In this document: positions 13,299-24,187 of the stretch, piece by piece
How the letters are laid out: every line of letters starts with the position of its first letter
How positions within the stretch are numbered: the stretch's first letter is position 1
The notes under the pieces: generated by a model
Told to the model about the DNA's origin: nothing
Seen by the model: only the letters and a program-made list of their open reading frames with translations
The model's database searches: none
Position numbers and translations under genes: made by a program
Source of the DNA: Bispira polyomma
Taxonomy: Eukaryota
Assembly: GCA_965649765.1 (NCBI GenBank)
Contig: OZ287751.1
Span: 26,846,001-26,910,000 of the forward strand
Direction: 5' to 3'
Length of the DNA: 64,000 nt

Positions 13299-13555
13299 TT
13301 TGAATTTGAATTTGGATATTTAACGTCCACTCTGGTACCTTTTAGTAGGTTACATTGGGACGGGTAGTTGGAAACTCTGGAGGAAACACTGCATACAGTC
13401 GGTCAAGGTTCTGCACTAAAACCAGCGGCCCACAGTAAGGAACTACCACCTTTCCCACATAGGCATCAACGGGATTCGAACTCACGCCGCTCAGATGTGA
13501 GAGACCCGTGATTGTGAAGTGCAATGCTTGCTAACCACTAGGCCACCGCGGCCCC
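13299..13555 (-). mobile_element. tRNA-derived SINE, full length (family A)
   Basis: On the minus strand: GGGGCCGCGG, A box TGGCCTAGTGG, B box GTTCGAATCC, and tail GGACGTTAAATATCCAAATTCAAA. Imperfect TSD TCGTCGTC(ACC)TTTAGG. Homologous to 51558-51821 and 37483-37610. Confidence 0.9.
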
Positions 13556-14337
13556 TCGTCGTCACCTTTAGGTAAGTTTTAGAGAATATTTGCATTCCTC
13601 TTATAACTAGAGCCCTAAGAGTTTTGAATTATGTATAGCTTTCGAATAACACTTGTTCCTTTGTGTGGATGTTGTTTGTCAGATATTTGCCATAGGTCAG
13701 TGGGTTACGGAATGCTTCAGCACTGGTTTCTTCTACCGTTAAATCTGGCTGTCATAATATGACCTTAAGCTTTTACAAGTGATGTAAAACCCAACTAAAA
13801 TCCTAGAAAATTACCATATCCTATAACATTCAATTCAGTTTGAACAAACCTGTGAGATTTTAAACAAAACAATCAATAAAAATAAGGAGTCAGATGTAAC
13901 ACAGATATATGATTTAATAAAAATGTGGAGTTAGATGTGATACAGATAAATATTGTTCCACAAAAGATACATGTTCAAAGTGTAGTTCCTTGTATTTATA
14001 ATAAACCTATAACCCTACTGCATTAATGCAATGCATTCTAAATGCAGGGTCTGATACCTTTAGTGTCCTTGCTGCTTAGTTTAAACCATTCTTCATGCTA
14101 GATGAACTGGTTTATTATCATATGGTGTGGCCAAGCCTTTAGTCCAATATACCTTGCAATCACCAGGTTGATGGAGCTAGGGCACACACATGTACATTAG
14201 ACATGTACCAGATTGTTATCAAATTCATTTTTAAAAAGGCCAACTCCTGAGTAGTAGATTTGTGTGACATTTTTGTTTTATATTACTGCTTTCATAAACA
14301 TCTCATCGGTTTATGAATAGCAATGATTTCCTTTGCC

Positions 14338-15048
14338 CACAGCAAACTAAAATGGTGGTTCGACTATGCCAATTTGGTTCCCGACCTTCTTAATTTTGAG
14401 GTCCGGGGCGTGTCTGTATAGGTCCAGGGGTTGAAAACAGGGCGAAGATGAAGGTCAGAAGGAATATCGAACATTTTTGATATTTCAAAAAGTCCCCAAG
14501 ACTTGCTCTTCCCTAAAAATGACAAGGTAAGCGTCGCCGAATAAGTTCAATCTTATTGTCAATACGTTCTGTCTGTTAGGTCTTATCTCACCCCAGGCCT
14601 TTCCCAACACTGGCCCCTTTTAACGTATAGGTTTGGGGCGAAAACTGAGCAAACAGGGTGGTGTGAAAGAATATAACACCATTTTTTTCAGTTATTTTGA
14701 AATAGCAGTCCCGACCTTGATTATTGCAAGTATGATTGTGAGTGACAGGGGTATAGATCTGTCAGATCCTATCGCCGATATGGTTGATTCTAATGCCGAT
14801 ACGGTCGATCCTATCGCTGATACGGTTGATACATCAGTTCCTTTTACCAGTAAGTTCGATCCTAACCTAGGTCGGGGAGGTTGAGGCAGTTTTTGTATGT
14901 TTGATTGTGGTCGGTGTCCCGTCAAAACATGACTCAATCAGTTTGATCTGGAAGGTCGTCCACACTTTCATTTACTTGCTCAAAATATTACATTATTGAT
15001 TTTTTTGCCACGAGCACACCGATCTCAAAAACGGACCCATTTTGCTGA
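14338..15048. mobile_element. Putative non-autonomous DNA transposon (CAC-ended, EnSpm/CACTA-like) with an internal 21-bp repeat
   Basis: Left end CACAGCAAA and right end TTTTGCTG form a short inverted match around a CpG-rich interior. The classification is tentative. Confidence 0.3.
14766..14830. repeat. 21-bp tandem repeat, ~3 copies
   Basis: GATCCTATCGCCGATATGGTT / GATTCTAATGCCGATACGGTC / GATCCTATCGCTGATACGGTT. Confidence 0.85.
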
Positions 15049-16029
15049 TCGTACTTGAACGTGGAACAACCTCTTTATGCTGATTACACAACAGTATACA
15101 GATAACAAAGATTCAAATAGACAGGCAAGTAGCGAACATATTCATAGTAATAACAGCCTGTTATGATAGACAAGGAAAAAAACTCTTATAACCTTTTCCT
15201 CTCAAGAGAAGTCATAATTGTAGCATTAAATGTTGATAAAGCATGTTGAGGTATAAGAATAGACGCATGATTTAGATCTGGTTGGAGATTGAGTCCATTG
15301 CAGGATGTGTACATTATTTTTCGTAGGTCAGGTAATACGATGTCCAAGTTCATTGATGGAAGAGTCATATGTGAGAACACTAGGGATCCAATTTACTACT
15401 AATCACCAATTTGTCTAGTTTCTGTCCCCTTCACAATCATTGGTATCTCATTAATGTGGGTTCATATCATATGGAATTAGACCACTACTAATATTTGCGC
15501 TATACTGAAGTCGGGCAAAGTGCTGGCCCTACAAATCATATATTAAATTAAACATCAATCATAGCCTAACATTTCAGTATAAATAAAAACAGCTCTGAAC
15601 TATTTTTCTGAAAATATAGGTGAACTAGGTGATTACCTGTCAAATCAAAGATAGCCAAACATTACAGGAAGACCCTGAAACAAATAGCTTCTGATTATTT
15701 ATGAATTAGCTTTTGGAATGAATTTGAAATTTTTCAGTAATTATTTCCCTTTAATATCGTTGAATATTCACCAAAGTTAAATACTCTGTAACTAGGAAGC
15801 TGTTAATATAAAAATCACTCCATGTGGGAAAGTTCGTCACATACTTGACATAGATCGGTTTTTAAGACAGTGCTTTGGCACTGATATCTTCCACCATTGA
15901 ATCTACCCATTGTGATATGACCTAATGTGGCATTCATACTGTCCACATTCTCGGTCCCTGTTCAACCCGTTCTGAGAATGTGTGTGAACTGGAGTAAAAC
16001 TTGTGTAAACTGGGCATAAACAGGGATAA

Positions 16030-16634
16030 TGGCCTGGTCACACCAACACGTGCTAACGTCCCACAACGAAGCAAAGCAATATAAACTTAAAACATAGTAG
16101 TTTCATGTCAAAGTGATGTCATTTTCAAAAAAGTGCAGTCGATTGTGACGTTTCATAAAGTTTCGTGACGATGTTGGTACTTATACACATGGAGCGAGGG
16201 CGAAAATCTAACACTTTACTGGTAGGATATAATTATCTACTACTACGTAGATCTACTGTACATGCCACTTATTGCTTTGTTCTGCTGTGTTTAGCTACCT
16301 AGTGAAACGTTCACGACGAATACAGATGAGTGGAGACAATCTCACTATTTACTGCTACTTACTGCTACGTTAAGCTACTTATACAGATGAGTAGAGATGT
16401 TCTTAAGAAACAGAGAGCTCTGCCAGGATTATTTCAAACAGTTTAAAGTTATCGGGGCAGTGAACTAAACGGAGACTTTTCCCGAATGATATCATCTGTT
16501 AACCAACATCAAAAAACTAACACAGCAGAGTTCCTCACTTTTGTATTACCGTCTACTACGTTTATACTAGCTTTCAGAACAGTTAAAAGCGTCACACACA
16601 CGTAGCTCCAGCACGTGTAGGTGTGACCAGGCTT
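16030..16634. mobile_element. Harbinger/Tourist-like MITE
   Basis: TIR GCCTGGTCACACC(A/T)ACACGT at both ends, with TAA TSD at 16027-16029 and 16635-16637. Confidence 0.8.
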
Positions 16635-18091
16635 TAAACTGCAACAACGGGAGCTACAGCCGGAATTATTTTTTGAACATGTTCGAAACTTCCGCAGATG
16701 GTCAGCTCTGAAAGCAAGTGGGTGGTGTCTCAAGCAGGTGTTATTGTATATGTTATGCACATAGACCATAGCTTATGTATGGTATTGCACTGTGTAAATA
16801 CCCGATATTACAATAATAACTAGCTGTTGCCATTGTCCCATACACGGTTTGAGCGACAAAATGGCGTCATAATTTTATTATACATGACAAATAAGTCTAC
16901 TGAAAAATAAAGTAAAACAGTATAACAATACAAATGTCTTATAAACTATTATATATCTTCAGATGGAATGTCTAAATATCTGCAAAGAAGTGTTCTAGGC
17001 ACCTATTGGAATCCAAATTGTGTTATTGGCTAAACTTGTTTATCCATCTCCCACAAATATATAAAAACACCCCTCCCCACCCTCTATGCTTTGACATGTT
17101 CATTATATAATTTTCTGTTTCATTTCATCAATTGGTGTTGTTCAGTCCTCGGTGCCAATGGAGGGCTTTCTCTGAATTGTGGAGAATGATATCGATGATG
17201 CTATGAACACAAAGGGACCATGACTTCCTCCCATAACAAAGAGATAATCAAGTTTACCAGAATTAGAAAAGGAGGACCTGGAGTCATTCATTGGCTTTAC
17301 ATTCACTACAAGTTGGCGGAGGTTTATCAATCAATGGCATTTTCTATTGGATGTTGCTGCTTTCTTAGGTTTTAGAAACAATTGACATTAACTAATTTTA
17401 AGCTTGAGGCATTTTCATACTAACTGTTTTCATAGTACATGTACGTCTAGTAAATGTCAATCATTTATACGCCAAGCGTTATACAGATCTAGAATACTAG
17501 GAAATGTAAAGGTTCATCAAAAACACCAGAAAATAGTTGATAACTAGTTTGTCTTTCTTTAAAAATTTCATTGAGTAAAACTTAAACTACATGTACCTGT
17601 GGATTACCCTTAAGTTTGGGTAAAATAGTAGTAACAAATGATTAGCTTCCAGGGAACAAACACAATAGAATCAGAGGAAGTACTGGAATATAAAGCACAT
17701 TCTTATTTTTTTATTGATTTCATTGATACAAAATTTTTTCACTTCAGAAACTGTCTGTCAACACCGAATACAAAGATGGCCGACATAACAGCCTTAAGCC
17801 TGCTATTGTAAAGTCACATACTTTAGAGTTTGCCTAGTAACCAAGTTGTTATCAAAGTTCTGCACAATGGTGAAAACACGTCCAACTACTTTGCTCTATT
17901 TTGCCTTGAATACTATATATCAAACTTTCAGCTAAAGTTATATAACCCAATTAAATTATTTGTGTGGATGAAATGGACACGAAACTATGAGAGCAGTTTT
18001 GGTGGAGCATGGGTTTGTGCAGTTCTTTGTTAACATTGTTCAAAACAGTCTCCCTTTAAATGTAGGGACAAACTGCAAGTGCAAATGAATG

Positions 18092-18497
18092 TATATGTCA
18101 TGGTAGAAAGTCCAATCTGGTAGAATTTGAAATTCTACTGGTAGAAAGTCCAATTGGAGTTAAATATGTCAGTAATCAGAATAACAACACTGGGAATCTT
18201 GTTGTTTTCCAGAGCATTAATATTACAAGATGATTGATGCAATTGTTGCCAAAATATACTCTATAAAAGTATGTAATACAAAAAAATATGCAAACATCAT
18301 AAAAAGTCAAGATATCTTTTAGTATATTGCAATGTACTGCATTTTTTTAAAACAATGAAACATAAATCACAGGTTGTGTTTTCTTTTTATTTCTTTAAAT
18401 TTTCCAATTGGACTTTCTACAGGTAGAAACTCCAACTGGACGTTCTACCAGTAGAATTTCAAATTTTACCAGATTGGACTTTCTACCATGACATATA
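18092..18497. mobile_element. MITE with ~70-bp TIRs in TA context
   Basis: TATATGTCATGGTAGAAAGTCCAATCTGGTAGAATTTGAAATTCTACTGG..., with its reverse complement ending at 18497. Confidence 0.85.
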
Positions 18498-19211
18498 TAT
18501 GGCCATCATGAAATATGGAGTTTATATTAAAGCCGATTCATCCTAAAGCTCTGAGAAAGTAGGCAATACAGTTATATTCTATTCCATAAGCCTAGGCTTA
18601 AATGTCGCAGATCCTGACTTCGGTTTATTTTATATGGGCCGATCAGTTTTTTTGTCAGACGTCAACCGATTTATTATTTGATGCAGCTGATAAAAACGTG
18701 TTTCTGTCCGTCAAATTTCATTGGAATCAAGTTTTTAACAATACATATTGCTCAAAAATACCCAAAAATCTGGCCAAATGTGTCAGGGTTTTATTTGCTT
18801 CATGACCAAAAAAAATTCCTAAGCTTCTGCCAAGTATCTGATGTCATTTGCTGTGTACATCTGACACATAGTAGTGCTCACACTGTGCACGATATATCTG
18901 ACACACATGACTTCTGAGGTTCAATAATTCACCAGGGTTGTTTGTAATCGTTTAGTTATTTCAAAGAGAAAAGGGGGTTGTTCCTTTTGAGATGTCACGA
19001 TTAGTAAGGCGAAACTAATATGAGACAAAGAGGTTTTAGTTTACAACTACAGATGGACGACATAAAGGGAAGGAACAAATTGAATATCATTAGTAAAACT
19101 ATTCCCCAGCGTGGGGTACTGTATATGAGAAGATATGTTTTTGTTGCTGTAAGACAGTGGTTTTCAGTGTTTCTGCATTGGTTTACTCCACCAAGAAATT
19201 GTATTGTATTA

Positions 19212-19368
19212 GTTGGCCTAGATCGTCATCAGTAGGCAATGGCGTGTTCCCAGCGTCATTAGCAGGAGTCAAAAACCTTTCATTTACCTGACCAACTCCT
19301 CACCACTCCGAGTTGAACCGGGGACTTTCTGGTCACCTGATCACTTCCCTAACCACTACGCCACAGAA
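19212..19368 (-). mobile_element. tRNA-derived SINE with duplicated head (family B)
   Basis: On the minus strand: A box TGGCGTAGTGG, B box GGTTCAACTC, a second partial head, and CCATTGCCTACTGATGACG. Homologous to 63521-63715. Confidence 0.6.
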
Positions 19369-19642
19369 AACCACGACCTAAACTGTTAATAATGTAAAAC
19401 CCAAATAAATTCAAATTCCAGGGTTTCTGTTGGTCATAGGAGGTTTAGCGTGCACCAGTTAAGTACCATTTTAAAATTTCCGTTTCGCGATTTGTAAAAT
19501 TCTTACTGGTACCTCGAGTTATGGCGAAAAACATTACATATTTTGATTAGTTACAGTTCTTTTTATCATATTTACTTTGTCTGTCTTATAGGGCTTTTCT
19601 TGCCATTTATCACCTAGCTGTTTAACCTTCTGTTATTATCGC

Positions 19643-19980
19643 CCACATTTCCCGTTTTACGCATTCGTTTTTCTTCTGCTATTTTCGCATTTCCTTTTCT
19701 TCTATGTGACTTTGTTCCCATATTTTTATACTACAAGTGTTTTTACATAGAATAGACTACATCTTTTATTTTGATTCTGTCTAGCTGTGATTTATATTTG
19801 GTTCTTTTTGTTGCCACATTCCCCGTTTTACGCATTCGTTTTTTTCTGCTATTTTCGCATTTCCTTTTCTTTTATGTGACTTTGTTCACATATTTTTATA
19901 CTACAAGTGTTTTTACATAGAATAGACTACATCTTTTATTTTATTCTGTCTAGCTGTGATTTATATTTGGTTCTTTTTCT
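19643..19980 (+). repeat. Tandem duplication of ~171 bp in the L2 5' region
   Basis: CCACATT(T/C)CCCGTTTTACGCATTCG... starts at both 19643 and 19814; the copies are near-identical. Confidence 0.9.
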
Positions 19981-20231
19981 TGCTACTGCTCCTTCACCTC
20001 TGAGATGTGGAAGTTCTGTTTAACACTTCTCCCGTGTATGATTCTGGCCGGTGTCAGATTACATAAATGGAGCACCTGCTCTCCATCCAATACACCTTTT
20101 TTCGACCAATTTGCACTTGATCCATCTCTACTAGCCTCCCTGGATAAGGTGAACACTTCTTTTTTAGCCAAATTCAAATTCACATTACCCGCCGTCCAAA
20201 CCCCAGGGTTAACAGTATTTGGATCCCTCTG

Positions 20232-23070
20232 TTGACTGCGCTATGCGGGGACGTCAGCATTAATTCGGGCCCCCCAGCATCCTTGCTTAAGATCGGTGCA
20301 TTTAATGCCCGTTCCCTGCGGAATAAGGCACCTGCGGCTATCGACTTAGTCATAGCCCAGGACCTGGATGTTGCTGCCGTCTCCGAGACGTGGCTCAGCA
20401 GTAGGGATACAACATCCTTTTTATCGGATATTACTCCTCCGGGCTACAAATTTCATCAGTTCCCCAGGTTGCACAAACGCGGGGGAGGAGTTGGCATTTT
20501 TGTGAAAAATACCCTTTCCTGTGAAATTCTAAAAAACCAGTCCTACTCGTCTTTCGAACACATTTCATGCAAAATTTCAAATGGCTATCATTCATTCCTA
20601 GTTTCCTCCTTTTACAGACCACCCATCCCTTCTTTAACTAGTTTTACTCAAGAGTTTTCCGAATTCCTTGAGACCCTTAACCTTCTCCCATTTGAAGCTA
20701 TCATCCTTGGTGATTTCAACATCAAGCTCGACATAGAAAATACTACGACAAAAGATTTTAACACCCTCCTCGACACTTTTGGGTTCTCACAGTTTATCTC
20801 TACTTCAACCCACATCCACAATCACATACTCGATCTGGTAATCGCAAGACCAAATTCAAATCTCATCAGAGAATCATGGGTAACTGATGGGATTTCAGAT
20901 CACCTAGCAACCTTCGCCTATTTAAATTTACCAATACCTGCCTCACATAAACCTCGTGTCATAAAATATAGAAACATCAGAAAAATTAATATAAGCAAAT
21001 TCAGAGACGATATCCTGGAAACTAATCTCATCAAACATCCATGCAAAAATGCTGAAAGCCTTAGCTTACAATACAATCACTGCCTTTCTACTGTCCTTGA
21101 TAAACATGCGCCATGGGTATCAAAAACCCTTCCCCAACTAACAACCATGAATGGACCAATGCCGCCATTACAGAAGCCAAAAGATGCAAACGCCAACTTG
21201 AGCGTCAATGGCGACGCACAAAATCCTCCTTAGACATAAGCCATTACTGTATCGCCACAAATAATTACAACAGGCTAATAACTGATGCCAAAAAACAACA
21301 CTACGACTCCATCATCACCGAAAATCAGGATAATCCCAAAAGGTTACATCGAACATCAGAGAAGGTTCTCCCCATAAACCACTATCTTACTTTTTAGCAG
21401 AAAAATTTGGAAAATTTTTTATAGAAAAAATCAGCAACATTCGTGACGCCTTCCCAACGATACATCACTTCAATCCTCCATCCCCAGGATATAAGGTTTG
21501 TAACCTGTTTCATTTTAGTACACTGTCTGAGCTTGAAGTTCTGAAACTCATCAAATCCTCTACTATTAAATCTTGTAACTTAGATCCCATCCCAGCAGTT
21601 ATTCTGAGTCAATGTCTTGACATTCTTGTCACACCCATAATAAATATATTAAATTTTTCTCTTCGGGATGGTGTCTTTCCCACCTGTTTCAAGACGGCAA
21701 ATGTAACTCCCTTGATTAAAAAACAAGGGCTTGATAAAAACCATCTCAAAAACTACAGACCGGTGTCAAACCTTAGCTTCATCTCAAAAGTCATTGAGAA
21801 AGCTGTGGCTAAACAAATTTCTGACCACCTTAATGGACAAAACATCGCCACCAGTCTGCTTATAGAAAATTTCACTCTACAGAAAGTGCCCTTTTTTCCA
21901 TCAGCAATGATGTCAATCTTGCACTGGACCGCAACGACACAGTGGCCCTCACCCTTCTGGATCTCTCAGCTGCATTCGACACTACTGATCATGTCCTGCT
22001 CTGCGACACTCTCAAGCAGTGGTTCGGTATAAATGGCAGTGTCCTTAAATGGATCAGATCCTACCTTACTCTTAGGGCACATTTAAAGAATTAAACTAGA
22101 TGATCACCTATCATCTTCCATAAAACTTCCATATGGAGTACCCCAGGGATCCGTCCTTGGTCCTCTACTTTTCACCCTTTATACACATCCTCTCAGCACT
22201 GTCATCAATAAACACAATATAAAACACCACATGTATGCAGACGACACTCAAGTCTATTTCTCCCTCAATCCACAAAACGCAGATACTAACATAGACCTAC
22301 TTGCAGACTGTTTGTCTGATGTCCAGGCGTGGATGAACTACTCCAAACTAAAGCTTAACCCTGACAAAACAGAATTCATCCTCATAGGAAACAAGAAAAA
22401 CAGTAAACTCCGAAAATCTTTGTTTCCCATCTCCCTGCTGGGAAAAGACATACTACCTTCCGAAAATGTTAAAAACCTGGGTGTCACTTTTGATTCAGCT
22501 TTTTCGTTCGATACTCATGTTGCCAACATCTGTCGCTCCTGCTATTACCACATACGCGACATCAAAAGAATCAGAAACCACTTGTCCATGGACACAGCGA
22601 TAATTGTGGCAAATGCCCTTGTAAGTAGCCGCCTCGACTACTGCAATTCTCTCTTGTATGAAGCAAATAAGTCAAACATTAAAAAGCTCCAGTCCATCCA
22701 AAACTACCTATGTAGGGTCATTTTTCGCCTGGGTTGTCGCACAGACGTTACTCCTTACCTCAAAAAATTACACTGGTTGCCCATTAAATCTCGAATTTTG
22801 TTTAAAATTCACGTTACCACTTTTAAGGCTGTAATCACTCAACAGCCACCCTACCTTGCCTCCCTTCTTTCTTTTAGTAACCGCAAGAGAGGCAACAGAC
22901 TCTCTGTCACTTCTGTCAGACCAATCAGAAAGGTGGGTTTCAGAGCGTTCTCCACCGCAGCTCCACGGTTATGGAACAGTCTCCCAGTTGACCTCAGATC
23001 AGTTGACACACTTATCGGTTTTAGGAAAAAGCTTAAAACCTATCTTTTTAATCTTGCCTACCCACCTTAG
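20232..23070 (+). pseudogene. L2 ORF2 (endonuclease-reverse transcriptase), broken by several frameshifts/deletions
   Basis: ORF pieces 20232-21233, 21113-21397, 21712-22032 and 22231-23070 carry consecutive EN, linker, RT and C-terminal motifs. Confidence 0.9.
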
Positions 23071-24030
23071 CTTTCCTCGTGCACGCTCCCACTTCCTTCC
23101 TTACGACTCTGCAATTTCCATGGACTTAATGATTGGACTAATGATTCTGCTGTTGCGCTTTAGAAGATGCCTAGCATCAATAAAGCGCGTTAAAAATCTA
23201 TAATAATAATAATAATAATAAGCATCTACTATAAAACCACTAGTCTTTCACCTATAAGGAGAGAGTGTGGACATATATTCTTCAAACTTACTACTTGCCA
23301 TAGGTCAGCGTTACAGTCGATGAGTTTATGTTGGTGGTGGTGGTGGACATTATATAGAGTACTGTGATGACAGTTAGAGCTCTACAGGTTGCATGTATGT
23401 AACTACTTTTGGACCATGTACTTATGGCCCACTCACACTGGCTTGTTGTTTTAATTGCACACAAAAATGAGCAAATGGAAGGCGAAACATGAATAATAAC
23501 TTATAATGAAATTAACGTATTGAATGTATATAAATGTATGCTTGCATAAATAAAACATAAGACAAACAAAGAAAAAATTTATTATTTCGAGCTGCATGAA
23601 AATATGCTGCATTTATAGCTGTTTTTGACAATCTCCACTAAAACGGTTGCTGCGTTCGGGGAAAACATAGGACACATCTGACATGTCATTAATGCGTATA
23701 TGAACGTACAAGACGGCACTAATGTTTCGAAATGTAATAAAATGCATTAGAAAATCATATGGGACCTATCTAAAGTTGAAAACATAGTTGAAATGGCTAC
23801 CAAAACAGTTTCCCCAATTTCAGTTTGTTTATTTCTGTTTTGCTTACATTTCTAAAAATGAATTTAATTTAAGTTAAAATTTTAGTGCAAAAACACCTTA
23901 GTGTTATACTGCACTATTAAAATTAATAAATACATTAACTAAATATATACAAACAACATTAACATTAAACAAACGAAACAATGACTAGATTAGAGAATAA
24001 GATGCCAAAAATATAAAATATAACAAATAA

Positions 24031-24118
24031 ATACAAAATATAAATATAACAATACTACAAACAAGACTAGACTACAAAATATAAATATAACAATACTACA
24101 AACAAGACTAGACTATAA
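24031..24118. repeat. 41-bp tandem duplication in the LINE 3' UTR
   Basis: TACAAAATATAAATATAACAATACTACAAACAAGACTAGAC present twice. Confidence 0.85.
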
Positions 24119-24187
24119 AAAACAAAGATATCACAGACAACACAATAAATTAACTCTTATTAACAGAATAAATTATTTAACTATATC

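Larger units (their letters stand above)
19420..23221 (+). mobile_element. Near-full-length L2-type (CR1 group) LINE, frameshifted; 5' boundary approximate
   Basis: APE endonuclease motifs (NARSL, SETWL, GGGVG, YRPP, GDFNI, LDLV, SDH) and RT motifs ([27 protein letters not shown]). Ends in a 3' stem-loop and (TAA)n tail at 23200-23221. Confidence 0.92.

Noticed and set aside
13342-13555. tRNA genes or small ORFs at the SINE loci (also 37483, 51607, 63521)
   Set aside because: A and B boxes are present but the cloverleaf is not. Shared bodies, tails and TSDs identify them as SINEs, and the ORFs are incidental.
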